Assembly: GCA_965649205.1 (NCBI GenBank)
Contig: CBFGJV010000007.1
Span: 33,966 to 97,965, forward strand
Length of the DNA stretch: 64,000 nucleotides
Direction of reading: 5' to 3'
From: a candidate division WOR-3 bacterium
GTDB taxonomy: Bacteria > Hydrothermota > Tepidihabitantia > Tepidihabitantales > Tepidihabitantaceae
A program made the translations under genes and the position numbers. The notes below the pieces were generated by a model. That model saw nothing but the letters and a program-made list of their open reading frames with translations, did no database searches and was not told the origin of the DNA. This document shows, piece by piece, positions 41,901 through 50,552 of this stretch. The stretch's first letter is position 1; each line of letters starts with the position of its first letter.

Positions 41901-42392
41901 TCTCGTTCGCGAGCTGGCGGGAGAGCACCGGATAAAATTATCCTGCATATTGCTGGAAGTTTGGAAAAGCCAGAGTTCAAATTTTCTGCTGAACCCCAGT
42001 TGTGGGATGAAGGACAAATTATTGCCTATCTGGGACTGAACGTTACTGCTGCTGATGTTGAACTTATGGACAATACGCAGAGGGCAACCCAATATTTGTC
42101 GGAGCGGCTTCTGGCTTATTTGCAGACGGAGGCGACTAAGCAGGTGCGACGGTTTGTGGGCTTAGACGAACTTCGGTTTGAGAGCGTTTTAGCAGGAGGG
42201 GAAGGTTATAGGGTAACTGTGGGCAAGTACGTGGGACGTAACCTGTATGTTACCTACACTCAGAATCTTGCCGGCGTGATGCAACCGGCATTTTCAATAG
42301 AATACTACCTAGACCGTCGCAATGAGATTGTCGGTGAGAAATCTCCTGCGGGACGGTATTCCATCAGGTATCGGTATAAGTTGAGATACTGA
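38997..42392 (+). CDS. TamB-like translocation/assembly module protein
   Basis: N-terminal TM anchor, long beta-rich repeats, DPTLDIEAE, VTVGKYV; follows Omp85 gene. Confidence 0.85.
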   Translation: MKKRQAARAGVVIAGLLGVIVLGAVLLSCFRQQIARLVADAAVHYVGHLLSVKITYRRFSGNLLRTPRFEDVGVVFGKDSVKASEITFSYDPLGFLRGSVPISEVEIRNPTVFIHTQSRAGDRERTSKTGWRIGRYPRWYLRRLHLDGGMLFMDNELRLESLALNVRAHSRVDLLKAELRGGRGKFVRENISLQEMHADLIMTADSLVLEQLGGSTSGSNVVGRLSINLSRQELTVVLDSVVIDLAEFVSIPGRIGIKGSGTKGAVRLEAEGNYVIEGLRPANVCLPRIAGKLSLCDKGIVFEAAGADSELGSLEARGTFELKERRYSVELKVTGMKLSAIRPSFAPVRMTFDLQARGYGGDSVAFWAGAQVPEVGVETLLVSGRYFRNRFGLKQLELRGGVGRLTVSGEVELGGLGSKIFLLSIPACSVKADSFDLGLIAGLWCIPVAGTLRGILSGAGTVDSFALQGSMRASGVKLFGLGITSALAEVDVTVNSGLRGRLVLGAEGLKGMGIEADAAQFVLLDSDVDFRIDRPEDRVLVGGNLSLTKNRIECEVRRLEFATREETLTANRPFEFYLDKDSVLVRGVSLRAADGELQFQATVGARVRRVEAKGSNFNLRKLQKLLHLPTEVWGTCDFEVSGQDTYHLRTVVNDLEVPSIGMRMKNLTAELAANDSWVEIRDFRFVHVKDTTRVHGSFSYNPAHGLVPRRVSIQADIADPGSWPMFFLRPTLELVEGKLFARLSWEGDVSEPNLKGRFRVVSGRLKVPALNLVLERTNAEFSVQGKRIELEKLSGTTGAGLVTASGFVDLDVGWLVDSLRFRIRPEGTIVNPLPEVYAVIGGDIAVVWQRGSPLSLEGTFDVAEALLAIGFGQSAIAGSSTDSVIYDLRIRAERGVWLRNPMADIEMSADLFLRRTMERQMFSGTLKSRQGSIYYLDHTLRVTRGTIGFEGIERLDPTLDIEAELPVRSRSRAGGRAPDKIILHIAGSLEKPEFKFSAEPQLWDEGQIIAYLGLNVTAADVELMDNTQRATQYLSERLLAYLQTEATKQVRRFVGLDELRFESVLAGGEGYRVTVGKYVGRNLYVTYTQNLAGVMQPAFSIEYYLDRRNEIVGEKSPAGRYSIRYRYKLRY

Positions 42393-44332
42393 TGGGAAAT
42401 AAGCAGCGTAGAGAGACTGATGCGTACGGAGCTACTTGGCAAGAGCCGGTGTCGTCAGATGCTTTTTCCTCGCCGATGGCTTTCTGCAATGTAGTAATCC
42501 GTCGTACCCGGCTTGATGCGCTAACCTACCATTATGATCCGGCTACATCGGGAGAATTGCATGTTGGAGACTGCGTGCAGGTGACGCTGCGGGGTCGGAA
42601 GGTACAGGGCATAGTCACCGAAATTATCAAAGAATCCGAGGTGAAAAAAACTCTTCCTGTCCTTAAGCTACTGGAGCGTTCTCTCGTTAGCCAGCAGTTG
42701 CTGCTCTTGTTCCGGAGGGTTGCAAAATACTACTGGGCAAGATTGGGAGAGGTACTCAAAGTTGCCCTTCCGCCTAACATAGGCGCCTATCGAACTCGTC
42801 GCACCAGAGACGTAGATACGAGTCAGCTCGTAGTCTGTGAGGATGCTACAGACCGGTCGTCTGTCAGTGAGGTACGTTTTCAAGATAACCGATTTCGTGT
42901 GTTTTTTACCTTTGCTGTTGCGTTAAATTCAACGGTGGAAGAGTTCTTACAGGTACGCGGCAGGCAAGGAGGAGTGATTATTCTGCTCCCCATTGAAAAG
43001 TTGCGGGACTGGAAATCTTGTTTGCATTCTCGTTTTGGACAGCGAGTAGTTGAGTATCATCATGAGATGAGCGAAGCACAGAGGAAACGCGCCTGGCAAC
43101 AGATACGCAATCAGCATAATCCTTTAGTTCTTGGTGTGAGATCTGCTGTATTCGTGCCGGTTCAGCGGCTCTCCGGTGTTGTCGTAGTAGAAGAGCATAG
43201 TCCTCGTTTTAAGGAGGAGCGACATCCTGCTTATCACGCCCGAGACGTAGCCATAGCAAGGGCCAGAGTAGCCGAATGTCCGGTTCTTCTCTGTGATTAC
43301 ACGCCTTCTCTGGAAACTTGGTACAATTTGAAAGCCGGAGTTTATGTTCCATTGGGAACAGCCATTGCTGGAGATCACTCTGCCCGCGTTTTTGTTGTTG
43401 ATATGAACCTGCACCGCGAAGGGCTTTTTTCTGAGAGGCTAAGACGCGAAATGGCGAAGGCACTGGAAGGTGGTAGTGTTATTCTCTACATGAATCGACA
43501 AGGATTGTCGCGTTATGTCGTTTGTACGGAGTGTGGCTGTGTTCTGCAGTGTAAACAGTGCAATATTCCGCTGGTACTTTATGCAGATCAGACAATGGTG
43601 TGCAGCTTGTGTGGGGCAAAGGTTCCGGCACCGGAATGCTGTCCTAATTGTCAGGGCTATTGCTTCGAACTTCGCGCCCCGGGAATAGAAATGTTAGTAC
43701 GTGAGGTAAGAAAGCTTTTTCCCCGAGCGCGGGTAGAGAAAGTTAGTGAGCGTGGAAAGCTGCCGTCTGCGCTGCCGGCAGAGCCGGGTACCGTCTTTGT
43801 CGGAGCACAGGCGCTCCTTTATCGCAGCTGGCCAAGCACTACGCGATTGGTAGCTGCGGTGCGGTTTGACTACGATTTGATGCTGCCAGATTTCCGTTCT
43901 CAAGAAAGGGCTTTTCAGACGCTGTATGAAATGGTGTACAGAGCGAAAGCTCTAGGAAGTAAGCTTTTGGTTCAGACTTGGCGACCAGATAACCCGGCTG
44001 TGCGTTGTGCCGTTGAACAGGATCTGACAGGATTCTTGGAACAGGAATTGCAGGCACGAGAGCAGATTGGTTTTCCGCCGGTAAAAAGGCTGGCTCTTAT
44101 CGAACTTTCCGGCAAGAACGAGAGGGCTTGCAGGCATGCAGAAAGGGTATCGGCGCTTCTTAGCCAATATCCAGGTTTAGACACTCTTGGACCTGTATCT
44201 GTACGGTCCGGCCTTTACCGACTGTTGGTGAAGATTCCTCGTTCCACCAGCTTAGACCGATTGATTACTCCGGACCAGCTGTCGACACCAGGGGTGGAGG
44301 TTAGGGTGGACATCGACCCTATGAGGTTATAG
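42392..44332 (+). CDS. priA: Primosomal protein N' with degenerate helicase motifs
   Basis: LTY..VGDCVQV 3'-binding domain, RSAVFVP, YHARDVA, four CxxC, PDFRSQE, FPP, VDIDP. Confidence 0.9.
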   Translation: MGNKQRRETDAYGATWQEPVSSDAFSSPMAFCNVVIRRTRLDALTYHYDPATSGELHVGDCVQVTLRGRKVQGIVTEIIKESEVKKTLPVLKLLERSLVSQQLLLLFRRVAKYYWARLGEVLKVALPPNIGAYRTRRTRDVDTSQLVVCEDATDRSSVSEVRFQDNRFRVFFTFAVALNSTVEEFLQVRGRQGGVIILLPIEKLRDWKSCLHSRFGQRVVEYHHEMSEAQRKRAWQQIRNQHNPLVLGVRSAVFVPVQRLSGVVVVEEHSPRFKEERHPAYHARDVAIARARVAECPVLLCDYTPSLETWYNLKAGVYVPLGTAIAGDHSARVFVVDMNLHREGLFSERLRREMAKALEGGSVILYMNRQGLSRYVVCTECGCVLQCKQCNIPLVLYADQTMVCSLCGAKVPAPECCPNCQGYCFELRAPGIEMLVREVRKLFPRARVEKVSERGKLPSALPAEPGTVFVGAQALLYRSWPSTTRLVAAVRFDYDLMLPDFRSQERAFQTLYEMVYRAKALGSKLLVQTWRPDNPAVRCAVEQDLTGFLEQELQAREQIGFPPVKRLALIELSGKNERACRHAERVSALLSQYPGLDTLGPVSVRSGLYRLLVKIPRSTSLDRLITPDQLSTPGVEVRVDIDPMRL

Positions 44333-44354
44333 AAAGTTACGATCTGGCTTTTGC

Positions 44355-44383
44355 TTGACGGCTGTCAATTTGGTTTCTATGCT
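44355..44383 (+). promoter_or_regulatory. fbp promoter overlapped by a palindrome
   Basis: TTGACG-N17-TATGCT; TTGAC-GGCT-GTCAA at 44355-44368. Confidence 0.55.
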
Positions 44384-44416
44384 TACTGATAAAGCTATAT
44401 TACCCGGGAGGAACAA

Positions 44417-45586
44417 TTGTCTGAGAGACAGAAATTGATGCGAAAAAGCAAGACCGGCCTGCAAGCGCAACTGGTTAGGTCACCTGCTTCAAGGCGTGGG
44501 GCTGCGGTGTCCGTGTCGGTGATAAAGGCTGATATCGGAGGTTATGTAGGGCATTCTGCTAGCCATCCGGAGATTCTGGGCAGGGCCCGGGAACTTTTGG
44601 AAAAAGCCAAAAGAAAAGGAGTGCTGATAGATTTTCACGTAACCAACTGCGGAGATGACCTCGATTTGATAATGACCCATACAAAGGGTAATGATAGTCC
44701 GGCTGTCCACAAGCTGGCGTGGGACGTATTTACTAGTTGTACCGCCTTGGCTGCGGAATTGAAGCTCTATGGTGCGGGGCAAGATATATTGGTCGATGCT
44801 TTCTCGGGAAATGTCAAGGGTATGGGCCCTGGGGTGGCCGAGATGACTTTTGTAGAGCGCAAGTCTGAGCCAATTGTTGTATTCTGTGGTGATAAATGTG
44901 CGCCGGGAGCGTGGAATTTACCGCTTTTTCGCATGTTTGCCGATCCTTTTTGTACGATTGGATTGGTGATAGATCCGACGATGCATGACGGTTTTCGTTT
45001 TGAAGTGCACGATGTTCATGGCGGTAAGGATATTTTGCTTGCTTGCCCTGAAGAGATGTACGACTTGCTGGTTCTGGTGGGTGCACCAGAGAACTACGTA
45101 ATCAAGAACGTATTTAGGAAAACCGGGGATATCGCAGCCACCAGTTCTACCCAGAAACTTGCCCTTATTGCAGGGCGGTACGTAGGCAAGGATGACCCGG
45201 TTATGATAGTGCGATGTCAAGCAGGCTTCCCTGCTGTAGGTGAAGTTCTGGAGCCTTTTGCTTTTCCGCATCTGGTTTCTGGTTGGATGCGAGGTTCTCA
45301 TTATGGGCCGCTTATGCCCGTGTCGCAGGAAGAAGCCACTCCTTCCAGGTTTGACGGGCCGCCGCGAGTAATAGCTTTGGGTTTTCAGCTAAATGATGGG
45401 AGATTGGTTGGACCGAGAGATATGTTTGCCGACCCGTCTTTCGATTCGGCTCGTAAGCAGGCCAACGAAGTTGCAGATTATCTGCGGAGGCATGGCCCAT
45501 TCGAACCACATCGACTTGGCTTGAGGGACATGGAATACACTACTTTGCCACAGGTACTGGAAAAGCTCATTGGTAAGCGAAAGTAG
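44417..45586 (+). CDS. fbp: Bifunctional fructose-1,6-bisphosphate aldolase/phosphatase (FBPase class V)
   Basis: KADIGG..GH, YGAGQD, GNVKGMGPG, YVGKDDP, GWMRGSH, MEYTTL. Confidence 0.95.
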   Translation: MSERQKLMRKSKTGLQAQLVRSPASRRGAAVSVSVIKADIGGYVGHSASHPEILGRARELLEKAKRKGVLIDFHVTNCGDDLDLIMTHTKGNDSPAVHKLAWDVFTSCTALAAELKLYGAGQDILVDAFSGNVKGMGPGVAEMTFVERKSEPIVVFCGDKCAPGAWNLPLFRMFADPFCTIGLVIDPTMHDGFRFEVHDVHGGKDILLACPEEMYDLLVLVGAPENYVIKNVFRKTGDIAATSSTQKLALIAGRYVGKDDPVMIVRCQAGFPAVGEVLEPFAFPHLVSGWMRGSHYGPLMPVSQEEATPSRFDGPPRVIALGFQLNDGRLVGPRDMFADPSFDSARKQANEVADYLRRHGPFEPHRLGLRDMEYTTLPQVLEKLIGKRK

Positions 45587-45592
45587 GTGTAG

Positions 45593-46639
45593 ATGTCAGC
45601 AGTTAATGAGCCTGCGTTGCCGGACTCTTCTTCTACTAGCAGAATGACGTACCAAGCTTCCACAAATGACATAGAATCTGTGCGTAGACTCAAAGATGCT
45701 CGTCAACGAATTGAACAAGAGGTGGAGAAAGTGATCGTGGGACAGAAGCAGGTTGTTGAGCAGGTTTTGGTATGTCTTTTGGCACACGGACACGCTTTAC
45801 TCATCGGCGTCCCGGGACTAGCGAAGACGCTTCTTGTGAACACGTTGGCTAGGGTACTAGACCTTTCTTTTCAGCGCGTACAGTTTACACCGGATCTTAT
45901 GCCTTCTGATATTACGGGTACCGAGATAATTGAAGAAGACCAGACTACGGGCAAGCGAGTATTTCGGTTTGTTGCCGGTCCGGTTTTTGCTAATGTGGTA
46001 TTAGCAGACGAGATAAATAGGACCCCTCCCAAAACTCAAGCAGCATTACTGCAGGCGATGCAGGAATACAGAGTTACTGTGTCTGGCCAGACTTATGAGC
46101 TGCCTGCACCATTCTTCGTGCTGGCGACGCAGAATCCGATTGAGCTTGAGGGTACCTATCCTTTGCCAGAGGCACAACTGGACCGTTTTATGTTCTCCAT
46201 TCGCATCGACTATCCCTCCTTGGAGGAAGAAAGAGAAATTGTAAAGAGCACAACTTCTGCCTACTTACCCAAGCTGGCGAAGATACTTTCTGCTTCTGAG
46301 ATAATAGAATTGCAAGCTTTGGTACGTCGGGTTCCCGTGGCCGACGAGGTTATTGACTATGCGGTAAGGCTAGCCGCGAGCACAAGACCTATGGCTAGTA
46401 GCAGCCCGCAATTTGTTAAAGACTGGGTAAGCTGGGGTGCGGGCCCTCGGGCTTCACAGTACCTGGTTTTGGCCGCAAAGACTCGCGCTCTTTTGGCAGG
46501 ACGTTATACCCCGACGCGGGAGGATGTGAAGTCTGTGGCTCAGCCTGTGTTGAGTCACCGTATTGTTACTAATTTCACAGCAGAGGCAGAGGGTATAAGG
46601 GCAACAGACATTGTTGAACGTTTGCTGGCGCTTGATTAG
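45593..46639 (+). CDS. MoxR family AAA+ ATPase
   Basis: GVPGLAKT, QFTPDLMPSDITG, ADEINR, LPEAQLDRF. Confidence 0.95.
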   Translation: MSAVNEPALPDSSSTSRMTYQASTNDIESVRRLKDARQRIEQEVEKVIVGQKQVVEQVLVCLLAHGHALLIGVPGLAKTLLVNTLARVLDLSFQRVQFTPDLMPSDITGTEIIEEDQTTGKRVFRFVAGPVFANVVLADEINRTPPKTQAALLQAMQEYRVTVSGQTYELPAPFFVLATQNPIELEGTYPLPEAQLDRFMFSIRIDYPSLEEEREIVKSTTSAYLPKLAKILSASEIIELQALVRRVPVADEVIDYAVRLAASTRPMASSSPQFVKDWVSWGAGPRASQYLVLAAKTRALLAGRYTPTREDVKSVAQPVLSHRIVTNFTAEAEGIRATDIVERLLALD

Positions 46640-46666
46640 CAGGATGAGATAGATAGAGGCAAACTG

Positions 46667-47122
46667 ATGAGTAAGGTTAATCCTTGGCTGGTGCATTTAC
46701 GGAGTCTGCACAACGGGGAGAACAAGTTGGCTCTTGAGGTGGATATCGAAGATCTGGGCGGTACAGTGCGAGAGGTTGCTGAAAACCCTTTATTTGAGGC
46801 GTTGCTGGGACCCTTGGCGGCGAGGTTGTTGATTGTGAAGTCGGGAAGGGGCATCATGGTAAAGGGAAAGGTTGAATTCGAAGCGCGGTTGCGATGTGCG
46901 ATTTGTGGTCGGCTCTACGAGAGCAGTTTCTGTGAAGATTTGAGCTGTGAGTTTGTGAGTGAGGAAGAGAGGGAGATAGTAGAAAAAGAGTTGAATGGTG
47001 CAGAGCTTGAACAGGAATGGTTGCAGGGCGATATTTTGAATCTGGCGCGACCGCTAAGAGACACGATACATCTGGCTATACCTATAGCGCCGGTTTGTGG
47101 ACAGGAATGCGAGGTGGAATAA
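46667..47122 (+). CDS. DUF177/YceD family protein
   Basis: CAIC, LAIPIAPVCGQEC. Confidence 0.8.
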   Translation: MSKVNPWLVHLRSLHNGENKLALEVDIEDLGGTVREVAENPLFEALLGPLAARLLIVKSGRGIMVKGKVEFEARLRCAICGRLYESSFCEDLSCEFVSEEEREIVEKELNGAELEQEWLQGDILNLARPLRDTIHLAIPIAPVCGQECEVE

Positions 47123-48006
47123 TGAGCGTGAGAAGAAGAGTACGGTGTTTTTTATATTGGTGGCATGTTGAGTTCTCGCTAAGCCGAATTGTGTTGATTT
47201 GCCTGGCTTGGGGGCTCTGTCCAAGATTTGGTTATGCGATGTTCGAACGGAACTGGGCGACTGTGCGTGCTGAGGGTATGGGAGGTGCTTTTGTCGCCAT
47301 TGCTGATGACGCCGGAGCTGCTTTGTTGAACCCGGCGGGTCTTTACCAAGTGGACGTGCGGGAGTTTACCGGAGGGTACAAATGGCTTTACGGAGGAGTA
47401 GGTACAGATCTGCATTCGGCGAATGCCATTTTTTCACTGCCTGTGGCTAGAATTGGAACGACGAGTTTAGCTTTGGTGGAGACCGGGTTTGAACAACATT
47501 CAGAACGAACAGTGCGTCTAAGTCACGGTATAAGTCTCGCGGAAGGTCTGGCATTTGGATACGGTCTGTCGGGATACAATCTATATCAAAAGAATATAGG
47601 CTCTGGCTACGGGTTTGGGCTTGATTTGGGCATGCTTGCACGGGTTTACAGGATTTGGACGCTGGGTTTCTCGGCGCGCAATGTTAATTTGCCGCGTATC
47701 GGGAGAGGTGAGGAAGGAGAACTCCCCAGAATGCTTGTTTTTGGCGTGGGATATTCGCCTAGTCCGGGTATCCGCTCGGCCCTGGATTTGGAAAAGGAGC
47801 CGGGTAAGGGTACGCGTTTGCGGGTTGGCCAAGAACTACGCATTATTCAGGATCACCTTACTATTCGCGTCGGTGTAATTACGCTACCAGTCAGCTTTAC
47901 GTTTGGTTTCCGAGCTGGAGTCAGGTTTGCTAGTCTGGATTACGCTTTGGCGACGCATTCTGAGCTTGGACTGACGCACAGTTTTGGTGCCGTGTTGCAG
48001 TTCTGA
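47122..48006 (+). CDS. PorV/PorQ-like outer-membrane beta-barrel
   Basis: Signal peptide; RAEGMGGAFVAIADD...NPAGL; GLDLG; DYA...LG.TH; terminal F. Confidence 0.75.
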   Translation: MSVRRRVRCFLYWWHVEFSLSRIVLICLAWGLCPRFGYAMFERNWATVRAEGMGGAFVAIADDAGAALLNPAGLYQVDVREFTGGYKWLYGGVGTDLHSANAIFSLPVARIGTTSLALVETGFEQHSERTVRLSHGISLAEGLAFGYGLSGYNLYQKNIGSGYGFGLDLGMLARVYRIWTLGFSARNVNLPRIGRGEEGELPRMLVFGVGYSPSPGIRSALDLEKEPGKGTRLRVGQELRIIQDHLTIRVGVITLPVSFTFGFRAGVRFASLDYALATHSELGLTHSFGAVLQF

Positions 48007-48013
48007 AAATACA

Positions 48014-50539
48014 ATGAGAAACCGTTTCGCCATTCTATTCAGGGGAAGAGTCTGTCCTGACGACCCCGGACTTGGCCGGCCGTCGTGGAGCAGAAGTGAC
48101 GGCTGTTGGTTTTTGGTGTTGTTAGGGGCGATGTTCTGGCAGGTTTCGTCGGGTGCAGATAACTTTGCTATACCGAGTGGTCAATTGGATATTAACCGGG
48201 CGACAAGGGCGGAGATCATGCAGTTACCGCTTGACTCGGCGCTGGCCGAGCGTATCTGGGAATATCGACTGGACTACGGTCGTTTCAACAGTATTTACGA
48301 CCTGATGCAGGTCAAGGGCATGACGTCATCAACCCTCGAGGTACTCAAACCTCTGATCTATGTTTCGCCTTCGCCAGAAGATGAAGCCAGAGTACGTCTG
48401 GTGCATCGTCTTCAGAGACAGTTGGCTTCAGAAGAAGGGCCGACAGCGACTGCAGTAGAGGATTGGCAGGATTTGCTGATTACTCCCATGAATATCAATC
48501 GGGCCTCTATAGATGACCTGCTGGCTTTGCAAAACGTATCATTGGTTGATGCAGTTGCGGTTGCGAAGTATCTAAGGTCAGGCCAGACTTTTGCAGAACG
48601 CAGGGACCTCGCAAATCGCGTAACGGGCCTTTCCAGTTATGGTTATCGTAACATACGGAATTTTGTCACGTATCAGGATCCGCCGCCATTCGGATTCGGA
48701 GGAAACTACCGGCTGAGTTTTGGAACAGACCCGGAGTGGGAACTGACTGCTGGGCCAGGCGAGTTCAAGCAGGCCCTAGTAAAATTGCAACAAGATTCGG
48801 CTAAGTTTCGAGAAGCGGGTTTCACTCAGGATGAGATAGAGTACGTTCGGAGTCAGCTTGAAAAAGAACAACAGTATGTGGTCGGCCTCAAGAACCGGTC
48901 CAGCGTACGCAACCGGTTACGAGTTAGGGTTGGTGACTACGTTCGCGTCGGTGCCCGGCTGGAGAAAAAACTTTACGAATCCTGGAAACAGCAGGAGGTG
49001 CGCGGTTCAATTGGTGTGCAGCAGCTGGGGCCGTTGCGGAGGCTGTTTCTAGGAGATTTTCGTGTGGCTTTGGGCCAGGGGTTGCTGTTGGATAACAACC
49101 CAGAACTAAGGGCTAGGACATATGACCGGGCTCAGGGTATATTTTCGGACCTGTCTGAGAATCCTGGTTTTGAGTTTCGTGGTGGCGCAGCCGAGATAAT
49201 ATGGAATCGTCTAGGTCTTCTGGGCTTCTTTTCCAGCTCTAAGCGTGATGCAATACCTAATCCGGACGGCACAGTTAACTACTACATTATTACCACCCCG
49301 CGCTATCCGACTTTCAGAGATATTCTGGGCGAGAAGAATCTTGGCGGTAGTGTGCGATTCGACTTGTCAAATTTGACTTTCCTCCCTACTGGCACGCGAT
49401 TGAGTTTCAACACTCTGTCGGTCAGCTATGACCGCGAGATGAAGCCTGACCCTAGGTACCTTGATATGCCGGGAGACGCGGAAGTGTTGGGCGATCCTAA
49501 CTATCTTAGGTTAAGCCGGGTCAGAAAGCGTCTATTCTATGGGGCTGACGTGAGAATGGTGGTGGAGAATGTGTCCCTGGAAGGAGAAGTGGCCTTACAG
49601 CCTGACATCGCCAATGCGTTTCTGACTTCGGAACATATGGCGAAGGCGTATCTACTGAAAGCTAGAACCCAGTACAATTACCTGTACGTGACTGCATTGT
49701 ACCGGCATTATGATCTGGACTATGACAATCCCTATAATCGTGGTTACTGCGAACAATTGCGATTCGAAGACACGCCGCTAGAGAAATCGTACCGTGTAAT
49801 CGATCCGGGATATGCCGCTTTGCAGAACTCCCCCACTCCTAAAGCCGAAGAAGGGTTTCTTCTCGATACACGCTATCAGATTTCGCGACAGATTACATTT
49901 ACTCGTGTTTACATTGACGTCTGGCGCAATCTCGCCTGGGGCGTTGACAACTATCGTTTTCAAGGAGAAGTGGAGTGGAGACCTGTATTTCCAGTCAGGG
50001 TCAGGTTCAAGCAGAAGCTGCAGAGTAAAGGTTTGCCCAAGCCAGCTTTGTCTACTCGTTCTTTTACAATGGAGTCCTCGCTGCGCGTCATGGCTAGCCT
50101 TACAGACTGGGATTTCCTGACTGGGGAAGTGCGCGAAGGCAAGGTGTTCTTAACTCCGAGCATGCAGTATGCAGAGCGGGCGAGCATATCGGGTAATTTT
50201 CTGGCTATACAGTGGGATCACAATTTTTCCGACGATTTCAACGCCGAGCTGGGAATTGCTACCTGGTTGACACGGGGCATGTCGCAGTGGATATTCGAAG
50301 ACACCGGTATCGATTTTCTGGACGGAGACGGCCTCAAGTGGTACCTGGCGCTGTCAGACCGTATCTCAGAGAGGCTGCTACTGTACTTCAAAGCCAAGCA
50401 CAAAGTAAGCATCTACCCACACACCGGACTGGGTAACAACGAGAAAATACGCTATCCGGGAAGTTTGGAGCCGGTTCGTGACTTCATAAGCAGGGATAAT
50501 AGGTTTGCTATTAGTCTGCAGATGGACTTTTTTTGGTAA
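48014..50539 (+). CDS. Outer-membrane protein with two ComEA-like helix-hairpin-helix domains and C-terminal beta-barrel
   Basis: LDINRAT...AERIWEYR..GRFNSIYDLMQVKG; MNINRAS..DL; GDFRVALGQGL; amphipathic strands; ends SLQMDFFW. Confidence 0.8.
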   Translation: MRNRFAILFRGRVCPDDPGLGRPSWSRSDGCWFLVLLGAMFWQVSSGADNFAIPSGQLDINRATRAEIMQLPLDSALAERIWEYRLDYGRFNSIYDLMQVKGMTSSTLEVLKPLIYVSPSPEDEARVRLVHRLQRQLASEEGPTATAVEDWQDLLITPMNINRASIDDLLALQNVSLVDAVAVAKYLRSGQTFAERRDLANRVTGLSSYGYRNIRNFVTYQDPPPFGFGGNYRLSFGTDPEWELTAGPGEFKQALVKLQQDSAKFREAGFTQDEIEYVRSQLEKEQQYVVGLKNRSSVRNRLRVRVGDYVRVGARLEKKLYESWKQQEVRGSIGVQQLGPLRRLFLGDFRVALGQGLLLDNNPELRARTYDRAQGIFSDLSENPGFEFRGGAAEIIWNRLGLLGFFSSSKRDAIPNPDGTVNYYIITTPRYPTFRDILGEKNLGGSVRFDLSNLTFLPTGTRLSFNTLSVSYDREMKPDPRYLDMPGDAEVLGDPNYLRLSRVRKRLFYGADVRMVVENVSLEGEVALQPDIANAFLTSEHMAKAYLLKARTQYNYLYVTALYRHYDLDYDNPYNRGYCEQLRFEDTPLEKSYRVIDPGYAALQNSPTPKAEEGFLLDTRYQISRQITFTRVYIDVWRNLAWGVDNYRFQGEVEWRPVFPVRVRFKQKLQSKGLPKPALSTRSFTMESSLRVMASLTDWDFLTGEVREGKVFLTPSMQYAERASISGNFLAIQWDHNFSDDFNAELGIATWLTRGMSQWIFEDTGIDFLDGDGLKWYLALSDRISERLLLYFKAKHKVSIYPHTGLGNNEKIRYPGSLEPVRDFISRDNRFAISLQMDFFW

Positions 50540-50552
50540 GGAGAATAGGACA

